From the NCBI GenBank assembly GCA_037439425.1, contig JBBIWA010000009.1, positions 30,822-94,821 of the forward strand: DNA of 64,000 nt. Reading direction: 5' to 3'. This document shows positions 9,595 through 18,046 of the stretch, one piece after another. The DNA comes from Acidobacteriota bacterium. Its GTDB lineage: Bacteria; Acidobacteriota; Blastocatellia; RBC074. Under the pieces are notes generated by a model. That model saw only the letters and a program-made list of their open reading frames with translations. It had not been told where the DNA came from and did no database searches. The position numbers were made by a program, and so were the translations under genes. The stretch's first letter is position 1; every line of letters starts with the position of its first letter.

Positions 9595-11487
9595 ATGACA
9601 AATGACAAAAAGGCGATGATACTGCTTCTCGCAGCCTGGAGCGGAATGCTCACGGGTCTTGGGGAAGCGCTGCTGCTTGGAGTTCATAAGACACTTCTGC
9701 AGCGAGCAGTGTTTTTCGGCCCGCGCGTGGTCTGGATGGCCGCGGTAGCGGATCTGTTGCTTTTCACGGCGATGGGTCTGCTGCTGCTAGCTCTTTCCTG
9801 TCGCTGGCCGAAGCTCCGCTCCGCGCGCGCAGTAGTCTCTCTGTTCACCTTTCTTGCGCTGTCGAGCTGGTTATTGATCTTTCCGCAAATCAAATGGTAT
9901 GCCTCATTGATCCTGGCGGCAGGTGTGGCCGCGCAGGCAGGGCGGATAGCTGCTGCACGCCCTCCTATGGCTTTAAAGCTTTCCGCTGCGAAGAGACGAA
10001 GGTCACAAAGCAAGGAAGCTGAACAGTTAAGGACTTTCTCGTTGCGTCCTTGGTGGTTTATTTTTCTTACGCTCGCTGCGCTGATACTTCTGGTGGCAGG
10101 AGTTGAAGGTGGGAGATGGTGGCAGCAACATCAGGCCATGATGAAGCTGCCTGCGCCGCAAGCTGCCGCGCCCAATGTGCTCCTGATCGTTCTCGACACA
10201 GTGCGCGCGCAAAACCTTTCGCTCTATGGTTATCACCGCGCTACCACGCCGCGACTGGAGCAGTTTGCCCGTCGTGGCGTGCGCTTTGAGAAAGCGATCT
10301 CTACTGCAGCGTGGACGCTACCTGCACACGCCAGTATGTTCACGGGCCGCTATCCGCGCGAGTTGTCTGCCGATTTCCTCAAACCGCTCGATGCTTCCCA
10401 TCCGACACTGGCCGAGGTGTTGCGAGCGCGCGGATATTTGACCGCCGGGTTTGTCGCCAACACTTTCTACTGCGGGTATGAACACGGGCTGTCGCGCGGG
10501 TTTCTACACTACGAAGATTATCAGCTCTCGCTGGAAGAACTGCTGATCAGCTCATCTCTGCTTCGTACTATCACTCACAACGCGCATCTGCGCCAGATCA
10601 TCGGGAACCATCAGGTGCTGACTCGCAAGACCGCAGCACAGGTGAACGAGAACTTCTTGAGCTGGCTCTCAGATGTTGCTGCCGCGTCAGGCCGCCCCTT
10701 CTTTGCCTTTCTCAATTACTTCGATGCGCATGAGCCTTATTTGCCGCCCGCTCCCTATGACACTCTGTTTGGCGCGAATCTGGCCTGGCGCAACTGGCCG
10801 CACGACCACACAGTGCGCGCTGCCTGGCGCATCAAACGGGAGCAGATGAACCCGCAGCAGAATCAAGCTGCGATTGATGCCTACGACGGTTCACTTGCTT
10901 ACCTCGATCACCATCTGGGGCTGCTCTTCGATGAATTGGAGCGGCGGGGCCTGCTGGAGCAAACGATTGTAATTGTCACTTCAGATCATGGCGAGGCGTT
11001 CGGCGAACATGGTCACCACGGCCACGGTGACAATCTCTATCTTCCTTTACTGCATGTGCCATTGCTGATCTCTTTTCCGGGGCGCGTGCCTGCGGGGGGC
11101 GAGATTCAGGAACCGGTCACGCTGCGGGACCTGGCAGCGACGATTCTCGACCTGGCAGGGATCAATGAGGAGAATTTGCTCCCAGGTCAATCGCTAGCCA
11201 GGCATTGGAGGAGCACATCCGCGGTTACTGCTTCGACTGGCTCTCCCATTCTTTCCGAGGTTAACATCGCGCCGATCAAACCCAGACTCTACCCGCCAGG
11301 GTCGCGCGCAGAGCTGTGCTCTCTGCTCCACGGGCGATACCACTACATCAAGAATGCCTCTGGCCACGAAGAGGTCTATGACATCGTGAATGATCCCTCA
11401 GAGCTGCGTAATCTCGCCGACTCTGAAGAAGGCCGCCAGATGATTGACGTCTTCCGCAAGTTTTTGAACCAGACGAGTGAGGAGTAA
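9595..11487 (+). CDS. Sulfatase-like hydrolase/transferase with N-terminal multi-pass membrane domain
   Basis: About 190 aa of TM helices at the N-terminus, then PNVLLIVLDTVRAQNLSLYGYHRATTP...AAWTLPAHASMFTGRYP...SDHGEAFGEHGHHGHG, which are sulfatase-family motifs. Confidence 0.8.
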   Translation: MTNDKKAMILLLAAWSGMLTGLGEALLLGVHKTLLQRAVFFGPRVVWMAAVADLLLFTAMGLLLLALSCRWPKLRSARAVVSLFTFLALSSWLLIFPQIKWYASLILAAGVAAQAGRIAAARPPMALKLSAAKRRRSQSKEAEQLRTFSLRPWWFIFLTLAALILLVAGVEGGRWWQQHQAMMKLPAPQAAAPNVLLIVLDTVRAQNLSLYGYHRATTPRLEQFARRGVRFEKAISTAAWTLPAHASMFTGRYPRELSADFLKPLDASHPTLAEVLRARGYLTAGFVANTFYCGYEHGLSRGFLHYEDYQLSLEELLISSSLLRTITHNAHLRQIIGNHQVLTRKTAAQVNENFLSWLSDVAAASGRPFFAFLNYFDAHEPYLPPAPYDTLFGANLAWRNWPHDHTVRAAWRIKREQMNPQQNQAAIDAYDGSLAYLDHHLGLLFDELERRGLLEQTIVIVTSDHGEAFGEHGHHGHGDNLYLPLLHVPLLISFPGRVPAGGEIQEPVTLRDLAATILDLAGINEENLLPGQSLARHWRSTSAVTASTGSPILSEVNIAPIKPRLYPPGSRAELCSLLHGRYHYIKNASGHEEVYDIVNDPSELRNLADSEEGRQMIDVFRKFLNQTSEE

Positions 11488-11787
11488 AAGAGACCTTTTA
11501 GAGCTGTGCGCAGACGTGCAGGAAGAGCGCGGGAGAGGAGCTTCTTCCGCTGCGACGCGCTTCGGAACTGGCTGCTGGCGACTGGCCCCAATCGAACGGC
11601 TGCCACAAGCCAGATCTTTCATTTCCGATGGCGGTCTGCCGAGCAACGTGACGCTAAAGGAATTTACGCCCGGGTGCAGTGCAGGCTGCTCTACAGCGTC
11701 ATCCGCTCAAGTCAGCTCATCAGTAGTTTCATTGCACCCAAGTCAGGGAAGCGCATAGAATAATGTGTAGCAACTCTCATTCTAGCG

Positions 11788-12711
11788 ATGAAGCGAATTC
11801 TCAAAAACATCTGGGCCAGGCAGACGGGTCGTTTCATCTGCCTTCTGCTCTTCCTGCCCATCGGCTTGCTGGGGTTGGTTATGTTATTTGAGGAGAAGTT
11901 GATCTATTTCCCGACGAGAAGCGGCAGGTGGGAGGTCAATCACTTCGCCGCTGGTGAGGGACAGATCGTTCCCCAGATCGAAAATAGTTGGTTCACCACC
12001 GAGGATGGTTTGAAACTGCACGGCTGGTACTGCGTACCTCACCGGATCACAGGTGGGCTAGCAGTGCCCCTTCCTGCCGAGCTGGTGCTGCTGTGGTTCC
12101 ACGGCAATGCGGGCAACATCACTCACCGCTACGAAATGATCCGCCTGCTGAGCCAGCTGCCCGTCAAAATTTTCATCATTGATTATCGCGGCTACGGGCG
12201 GAGCGAAGGCCGCCCGTCTGAGCAAGGGCTTTATCTGGACGGGCGCGCCGCGTGGGATTATCTGATCGCCCAACGTGGCCTGCGGTCTGATCAGATAGTG
12301 ATCTTCGGCAAATCGCTCGGCGGCGCTCCGGCAATCGATCTGGCGAGCAGGGTACAGCCCGCTGGTCTGATTGTGCAATCCAGTTTCACCTCCGTTCCCG
12401 ACATGGCCGCAACAATTCTACCTTTCTTTCCCAAATCTCTCCTGCGGACCAGGATGGATTCGCTCAGTAAGATTCCCAGCGTGCGCTGCCCGAAACTTTT
12501 CATCCACAGTCCGAGCGATGAGGTCGTGCCTTATCGCCTCGGTCGCCGCCTCTACGAAGCAGCCGCAGAGCCCAAGCAGTTTTACGAGGTCAAGGGTGCG
12601 CCGCACAACGAAACGTTTCTCGTTGGCGGCCAGGCCTACTTAGAAGCGTTGCGCAGCTTCGTCAACAGCTGCGCTGCGCAGCGACCGGCGGAGACTCCGG
12701 CAGGAGGATGA
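11788..12711 (+). CDS. Alpha/beta hydrolase (serine hydrolase; GKSLGG nucleophile elbow)
   Basis: N-terminal TM segment, then LWFHGNAGNITHRYEMI...IDYRGYGRSEGRPSEQG...VIFGKSLGGAPAIDLAS...SPSDEVVP...GAPHNE, giving a Ser/Asp/His triad arrangement. Confidence 0.8.
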   Translation: MKRILKNIWARQTGRFICLLLFLPIGLLGLVMLFEEKLIYFPTRSGRWEVNHFAAGEGQIVPQIENSWFTTEDGLKLHGWYCVPHRITGGLAVPLPAELVLLWFHGNAGNITHRYEMIRLLSQLPVKIFIIDYRGYGRSEGRPSEQGLYLDGRAAWDYLIAQRGLRSDQIVIFGKSLGGAPAIDLASRVQPAGLIVQSSFTSVPDMAATILPFFPKSLLRTRMDSLSKIPSVRCPKLFIHSPSDEVVPYRLGRRLYEAAAEPKQFYEVKGAPHNETFLVGGQAYLEALRSFVNSCAAQRPAETPAGG

Positions 12712-12806
12712 GCGCGCTGCTGCCCGAGAAGCACGCGCATTTCACACTTTCTTCGTGGTGGAAACCTTCTTCTTGAAAGCTATAAAAGCCGTGCCTTCAG
12801 GTGAAA

Positions 12807-12843
12807 GGGTGAGTGAGAGAGTCTTCGCCTCTCTCACTCACCC
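12807..12843. terminator. Perfect 14-bp GC/AG-rich hairpin between convergent genes, a candidate bidirectional terminator
   Basis: gggtgagtgagaga-g-tcttcgcc-tctctcactcaccc sits between the stop of the alpha/beta hydrolase gene (12711, +) and the stop of the secreted-protein gene (12860, -). There is no strong U-tract. Confidence 0.45.
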
Positions 12844-12859
12844 TGATCATCCTGTGCGC

Positions 12860-13921
12860 TTACGGCCGCGCATCGCGACCTGGTGAGGAACGGTTGATGG
12901 GGGGACGGGGTGATGTCATTCTGTAGGGTGGCGTTGCGGCGCGCGGGGGAATGATTTCCAGCGTCGGCCAGGAGCCGGTCGCTGGCGGGAAGACCGGAAC
13001 TGAGATGGAATAGTCCGGTACCACCGAGCTTGCAGTCAGCAAACGCCCTGATTCCGCTTCTCCGACATTGAAGACTGCGCCAAGGATCGGTCGTCCTTGC
13101 GTCTCCGTGATGCTCATCCAGCCGGTACGGTTTTGCGGAATGAGAAGGTTTTCAATGCCGCGCGCTAGAGCATGCAGGGTGGCATAACGCTGCGCGCCGA
13201 TTCTCACGCGCAGCAACTGCGAATCCCCGCCGCTGGAAAAGAGCGTCGCAGTCGCCACGCTCTGCAGCAGGTTGCTGGCGGTGATGTCCTCAGGCAAAGT
13301 CAGCAACATCAGCCTGGTCACATTGAAACCATTCACCTGACTGGGAATTGAATCCACGACGAGCTGGCCGGGCAAAGCCGTATATGTTACTCCATCGAAG
13401 CGCAGCGCAGCCGTGCGACCATCCGCGCTGAGCGCGGCAACTCCCTCCCTCAATTTCTGCACTGCGAAGGCTGGGATATTGGCGCGCACGCCATGCTGAT
13501 CGTTGATGGTCTCGCTGCCGATCAAGACATTGGCCTTCGTGGGCGCGCCAGTCCAATCCACGACGGTGACCATCAGATACCCCTGAATATCCGGGTCCAC
13601 ATCACTGGCCAGGAAGGTGAGCGATTGCAGCGACTGGAGCGTGAATGAATAGCTGTGAATCTCACCGCTGAGGCCAGAGACGAAGAAGAGTCGCACGCTG
13701 AGATAACCGAGGCCGGTGTTGGTCAAGACAAATCTGGTGTCTTGAAGCTGCCTGTTGGCGCTGTGACTGGTATAGAACGGATAGATCAGGATGCTGCCTG
13801 GCATGTTGGTCAGTGACGGCTGAGCCGCCTGCGCTGCGACTGTAGTGGGCAGCAGGTAAATCGCCAGGAGGAAAAAGACCGCGGCAGTGAGGTGCGCTCG
13901 AGCTGAGCTGCGTTGAATCAT
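12860..13921 (-). CDS. Hypothetical secreted protein
   Basis: Long ORF with a clear signal peptide (MIQRSSARAHLTAAVFFLLAIYLLPTTVAAQAAQ). No domain recognised. Confidence 0.6.
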   Translation of the reverse strand: MIQRSSARAHLTAAVFFLLAIYLLPTTVAAQAAQPSLTNMPGSILIYPFYTSHSANRQLQDTRFVLTNTGLGYLSVRLFFVSGLSGEIHSYSFTLQSLQSLTFLASDVDPDIQGYLMVTVVDWTGAPTKANVLIGSETINDQHGVRANIPAFAVQKLREGVAALSADGRTAALRFDGVTYTALPGQLVVDSIPSQVNGFNVTRLMLLTLPEDITASNLLQSVATATLFSSGGDSQLLRVRIGAQRYATLHALARGIENLLIPQNRTGWMSITETQGRPILGAVFNVGEAESGRLLTASSVVPDYSISVPVFPPATGSWPTLEIIPPRAATPPYRMTSPRPPINRSSPGRDARP

Positions 13922-14578
13922 TCGGTTCTCCGTTTTTCAAAGAGGGGCTGGCCTGGCAAAACGGCGCATCTGGCGGTTGGCGAGAGGGCGCGGGCCCTCA
14001 GACTGAGGGGGCGAACGCAAGAGACACAAGCATGCGCTTGCAGCCTCGCCTGAGGTGGCCGGTTCTGGGGAAACGGCCGCGCCTGATAGCTTTTTCTGGC
14101 AGGGCGATTTAATGTCCCGGAGCAGGACTCGGTAGTGGGGGCAGTATAGCGAAAAGCAGCGGCTCGAGTCTATCAGAATTTTTTGAGCGGGCTACTACGG
14201 CCGGTGCCGGCCGGCTCATTCAAGACAGAGTGGGAGAATTGGTCTCCCCTTCTCCCCTTCTCCCGCTCGGCCTGAGGGACTCTTGGGTGTGCCAGGTAGG
14301 AGTTGGTAGAAAAAGGAGGGTGCAGTTTTCTGCGGGTGGAGTTTTCTAAAGTTGGTCAAGCCAGCCTCGGAATCTGCCTAGGTGTGAGGCATAGGTGAGA
14401 AGATAGCGGTCTTCTCAAGTCGGTCAAGCCGCATTATAGGATCTGGCGCGAAGGCTCTTGCCACACGCCGTTGAAGAGATCAGCGCGCAGGCCAGCCTTG
14501 TGTGGAGCTCTCTCTTCTGAGCGAGGCCATTCCCGGTAGCTTCAATCTGGCTCCGGTCAGGTAGTAGCCTGATTAGTT

Positions 14579-14669
14579 GTATAAGTGTAACGGTATGAGT
14601 AATGGCTGCCGCAGTGAGCAGCCAGCAGCGAGCAGTGCTGTATGAGTGTAACGGTATGAGTAATGGCTG
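14579..14669. repeat. Two direct copies of a 30-nt motif (gtatRagtgtaacggtatgagtaatggctg) about 60 nt apart
   Basis: Seen directly at 14579..14608 and 14640..14669 inside the long 13922-15098 spacer. Confidence 0.7.
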
Positions 14670-14785
14670 TCGCCCGTTTCACGGGCTGGGAATCATTTGT
14701 CCATCCCCTCCCAGGGTTACGCGCTGCGCGCTCCAAGCTGGGCTTTAAGCTGCTGCCCGCATTCGCGGGCTGTGGAATGGACCAT

Positions 14786-15006
14786 CAGCCCGCGCACGCG
14801 GGCAACAGTATAGAGCCTGGGGTGACTTGCGGATTGCGGATTGCGGGTTTGCCAGGCAGGCGACAGCTTGCTGTGATCGGTTGGGCTCTTTTTTCAGCCC
14901 GCGCAGGCGGGCAACAGCATAGAGCCTGGGGTGCAAACCCCAGGAACGAGCAACCACCAAATCGAGCGAGCCCGCGCACGCGGGCGATAGCACATAGCCT
15001 GGGGTG
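14786..15006. repeat. Three copies of a 39-nt palindromic-core repeat (cagcccgcgcacgcgggcaacagtatagagcctggggtg), with a degenerate fourth upstream. Spacers are 70 and 34 nt. CRISPR-like in appearance but not called CRISPR
   Basis: Repeats at 14786..14824, 14895..14933 and 14968..15006, with a degenerate copy at about 14753. Each carries a gcccgcgcacgcgggc hairpin and is followed by a second small hairpin. Spacing is irregular and no cas genes are in the window. Confidence 0.6.
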
Positions 15007-15063
15007 CAAGCCCCAAAACGAGCTTGATACCTACCAAGTCCTACTTGGCGCACCGGGGGCTCT

Positions 15064-15092
15064 TTGCTCATTAGGGGCGAGAGCGGTAGAAT
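15064..15092 (+). promoter_or_regulatory. Putative sigma70-type promoter (TTGCTC-17 nt-TAGAAT) 6 nt upstream of the ATG, implying a leaderless or near-leaderless mRNA for the RDD gene
   Basis: Hexamers read directly: -35 at 15064..15069, -10 at 15087..15092, ATG at 15099. Confidence 0.35.
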
Positions 15093-15098
15093 CCGGCT

Positions 15099-15932
15099 AT
15101 GGCCGAGGAGACTCTGATCATCGAAACGCCCGAACATGTTCAATTGCATTTCGCGCTTGCCACGATTGGCAATCGGTTCCTCGCCTGCTTTATCGACCAC
15201 GCGCTTCAGGCACTGGCGATAGTGATGACCTTCATTCTGGCTTACAATCTGAGCGCGGGGGTGCGCCGCTTGAGTGATCAGGCGGTCAGTGGCCTCGAAG
15301 AAGGTAGTTTGTGGATTCTGGCGCTGGCGGTGCTGGCAATCTTCGGGCTTTACTTTGGGTACTTCGCCATCTGGGAAACGCTCTGGAGTGGGCAGACTCC
15401 AGGCAAGCGGTGGCTCAAGCTGCGCGTCATCAAAGATGATGGTCGCCCGCTGGATTTCTTCGCGGCGCTGACGCGCAATCTGCTACGCCTAGCCGACATG
15501 ATGCCGATGATTCCGCCGCTGCCATTCTATTCGGTCGGGATTGTCTCGGTCTTCGCCAGCACCCACTCAAAGCGCCTGGGCGATTTCGTCGCGGGCACAG
15601 TGGTCATTAAAGAACGCAGCGCCGAAGCCCCTTCCTTTGATGAGGTCTTTGAGAGCGCAGTGATTGATACAGCAATGCGCCGGGTAGCCCCGGCGGTTGA
15701 TTTCCGCGCTGATGTGCGCCTGCTTGCGCCCACAGAGATCGAAGTGGTCGAGGCTTTTCTGCGCCGACGTTACGATCTGCCAGAGGATCCGCGCCAATGG
15801 CTCGCCTGGCGCATTGCCACGCCGCTGCTGGAGAAGCTCCGTCCCTACTACGACCCCAATAATTTCAATTACGAAGGCTTCCTGGAAGAACTCCTCGCCC
15901 GTTACCGCGCCCAAGTCAGGTATCGCGAGTAA
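15099..15932 (+). CDS. RDD family membrane protein
   Basis: N-terminal RDD-like domain (FLACFIDHALQALAIVMTFIL ... RLGDFVAGTVVI) with TM helices, plus a C-terminal soluble extension. Confidence 0.7.
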   Translation: MAEETLIIETPEHVQLHFALATIGNRFLACFIDHALQALAIVMTFILAYNLSAGVRRLSDQAVSGLEEGSLWILALAVLAIFGLYFGYFAIWETLWSGQTPGKRWLKLRVIKDDGRPLDFFAALTRNLLRLADMMPMIPPLPFYSVGIVSVFASTHSKRLGDFVAGTVVIKERSAEAPSFDEVFESAVIDTAMRRVAPAVDFRADVRLLAPTEIEVVEAFLRRRYDLPEDPRQWLAWRIATPLLEKLRPYYDPNNFNYEGFLEELLARYRAQVRYRE

Positions 15933-15965
15933 GAAGAGACCAAGCTTAGCCTTTGTCCTTATGGC

Positions 15966-16289
15966 TTATGCCGAGTTTTCCAGCTCGCGCAGCAACTGCA
16001 GCGTGTAGATCCCTGTGTCGTGATGGTCGCTCCAGACAATATGGTAAGCGTAACGCCCCACGGGCGCCAGGTCGCTGATCTTGATCTCAGAGAACTGTTC
16101 GGGTTTGAGATTGAGACTTTGCGAGGGATGATGTCCCTGACAGTGAGCGCAGGGACAAGCGGCGCGCAGAACAGCTAGACGATGGCGACTCGTGTGGCCG
16201 TCGTTCCAAACGATTTGCAAGACCGAATCATTGTCGGTCAGTTCGATAGCTTCCGGAAAGATTTCAGTTGAATTATGCTCTCTGCTCAT
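15966..16289 (-). CDS. DUF971 domain protein (gamma-butyrobetaine hydroxylase-like N-terminal domain family)
   Basis: IVWNDGHTSRHRLAVLRAACPCAHC ... GRYAYHIVWSDHHDTGIYTLQLLR matches the DUF971 pattern W.DGH.S...LR..CPCA.C ... I.WSDGH.TGIY. Confidence 0.75.
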   Translation of the reverse strand: MSREHNSTEIFPEAIELTDNDSVLQIVWNDGHTSRHRLAVLRAACPCAHCQGHHPSQSLNLKPEQFSEIKISDLAPVGRYAYHIVWSDHHDTGIYTLQLLRELENSA

Positions 16290-16396
16290 AGCTCGGTTGA
16301 TAACTCTCCCAGCCAGTGATTAAATTGAGGGGGTGGAGAAATGGCATTTAATCATCCAATCAGGCGAGCGGCAACCGTGAGGGAGCACATTTGAAA

Positions 16397-16472
16397 ATTG
16401 AGGATAGAAGATTGAGGATTGAGGATAGCGCGATCCTCAATTCTCGATCTTCAATCCTCGATCTTCAATCCC
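16397..16472. promoter_or_regulatory. Extended imperfect palindrome built from repeated (g)attgaggat units. It is centred on the perfect inverted repeat ttgaggat-agcgcg-atcctcaa and lies in the divergent DUF971/DUF1232 intergenic region
   Basis: Left arm attgaggatagaagattgaggattgaggata, right arm atcctcaattctcgatcttcaatcctcgatcttcaatcc. It sits 49 bp upstream of the DUF1232 start. Confidence 0.5.
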
Positions 16473-16520
16473 CGATCGTCATCGCCGCCTTTTGCGATCC
16501 GTTAGGGGAAGAGGAAGCCG

Positions 16521-17048
16521 ATGAGCAAACAAGCTACAGTCCACAATCTGCCACCTGCCAGCGAGCAGATCAATCGAGATGAGCGCCAGAAGGCGCGCGG
16601 TTTTCTCAAGCAGGTGATCCTGTTGATCCCCAACTTCCTCAAACTGCTTTACCGTCTCCTCAAAGACCCGCGCGCCCCCAAAACGGAGAAGGCGCTCTTG
16701 ATTGGGACCGTCCTCTACGCTATCTCGCCCCTAGATCTGATTCCCGATTTCATTCCCTTCATCGGAGAAGTGGACGATATTTATCTCATCGCCCTTGTGT
16801 TGTTGCGTCTGCTCAGTCGCACGCCCGGCGAGGTGATGCGCCAGCACTGGGAAGGCGGCGGAGACCTTGTGGCAATCATCGAGAAGATAGTCAAAGCTGC
16901 ACCCTACGTCCTACCCAAACGCGTCTGTCGCATCTTGCTTGGCCACGTTGAGATCGCGCCGCAGGTCAAAAGCGGTGGATTGCTCTCCTCGCCAGCCGCA
17001 CCTGGTGAGGCTGAGCCTGAGACAAAAAGAAACTCTCGCCGCTGCTGA
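16521..17048 (+). CDS. DUF1232 (YkvA-like) membrane protein
   Basis: YAISPLDLIPDFIPFIGEVDDIYLIALVL is the characteristic DUF1232 motif. Confidence 0.75.
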   Translation: MSKQATVHNLPPASEQINRDERQKARGFLKQVILLIPNFLKLLYRLLKDPRAPKTEKALLIGTVLYAISPLDLIPDFIPFIGEVDDIYLIALVLLRLLSRTPGEVMRQHWEGGGDLVAIIEKIVKAAPYVLPKRVCRILLGHVEIAPQVKSGGLLSSPAAPGEAEPETKRNSRRC

Positions 17049-17111
17049 AGAGCAACTGGCACGGCCCTCTGAACTGCCGATATACTCCCCCTCGATTCTG
17101 GAGGATGAGTT

Positions 17112-17609
17112 ATGTCTGACATCAACGACTTCTTTCAGCGCGCAGACGAGGTGGGCATCCGCCTGGAGATCATCGGCGGCTTGCCAGTTTGGGAAGCGCA
17201 TCCCAACCTGACCCACAAGGAGGCAATTGATCGCATTCGCCAGACGATCAGAGCCGCGGACCCTCACACCGCTGAGCAGTGCGCCTGCCTTCATTACGCC
17301 GATTTGCACATCAGATTTCCAGATGGCTCTGACAAACGTCCGGACATTTCTATCTTTTGTCAGCGGCCACACGAAACCGAATCTGCCGTGACGGATGTGC
17401 TTGAAGCAGTGGTGGAGATCATCAGTCGAGGTTACGAGGCAAAGGACTTGAAACTAGGGCCCCCCTTCTATCTCGGGCAGGGCGTTAAGGATGTGATTGT
17501 TTATGATCCCTACACCAGGATTGCCTATCATTTTACGGCTGAAGGCAGTCGCGATTATGCCTCTCCTGTCACGCTCGCGTTACAGTGTGGGTACCAGTTG
17601 ACTCTCTGA
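17112..17609 (+). CDS. Uma2 family endonuclease (DUF820; PD-(D/E)xK-like)
   Basis: LEIIGGLPVWEAHPNLTHKEAIDRI...RPDISIF...ESAVTDVLEAVVEIISRGYEAKDL...GVKDVIVYDP fits the Uma2 pattern. GGAGGA sits 7 nt upstream of the ATG. Confidence 0.75.
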   Translation: MSDINDFFQRADEVGIRLEIIGGLPVWEAHPNLTHKEAIDRIRQTIRAADPHTAEQCACLHYADLHIRFPDGSDKRPDISIFCQRPHETESAVTDVLEAVVEIISRGYEAKDLKLGPPFYLGQGVKDVIVYDPYTRIAYHFTAEGSRDYASPVTLALQCGYQLTL

Positions 17610-17787
17610 AGGCCAGCTCAAGAGTCTTGCTTGATCTTCTCCCTTGCTGGTCAGCAAAGACCGGTGGGCGGGTCATCCAACCGCACCGTTTCTCCCGTGT
17701 CAGCCAACTCCAGGTCTATACTGCGCGCGACCGTAACTGAAGCTCCCTATCGACGAACGGGTGCAGATGACTCAGATGAAAAACCCT

Positions 17788-17862
17788 TTCGAATTGCGAA
17801 TTTCGGAACCCTGCAATTCCAATCATTTCGCAATTCGCGATTCGCATTTCGCAATTCGCATG
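17788..17862. repeat. Inverted/tandem heptamer repeats (ttcgaattgcgaatttcgg ... tttcgcaattcgcgattcgcatttcgcaattcgca). Related to the repeat at 40651-40696
   Basis: Seen directly. Shares the aattcgcaattcg core with 40651..40696. Confidence 0.6.
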
Positions 17863-18046
17863 TGGACCACGTTCAGGGCTTGAAAAGTCTCATCTTCTCC
17901 CGCGCGCAGTCTAGCTCTTGGCCGCGCACTTGCCCGTCTTTCATTCTAGACGTCTTGCCCTTACTCACCTCTCAGCGGCATCAGCTTAATACTCCCCATT
18001 CAGGCTGACTCAACGGCGCAGAAGCGTGTGCTGCGCCCAGATCGAT

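Noticed and set aside
14786-15006. Possible CRISPR mini-array (3 x 39-nt repeats)
   Set aside because: Only three repeats, with very unequal spacing (70 versus 34 nt). Each repeat is followed by its own small hairpin and there are no cas genes in the window. Kept as a repeat feature and as a finding rather than a CRISPR call.
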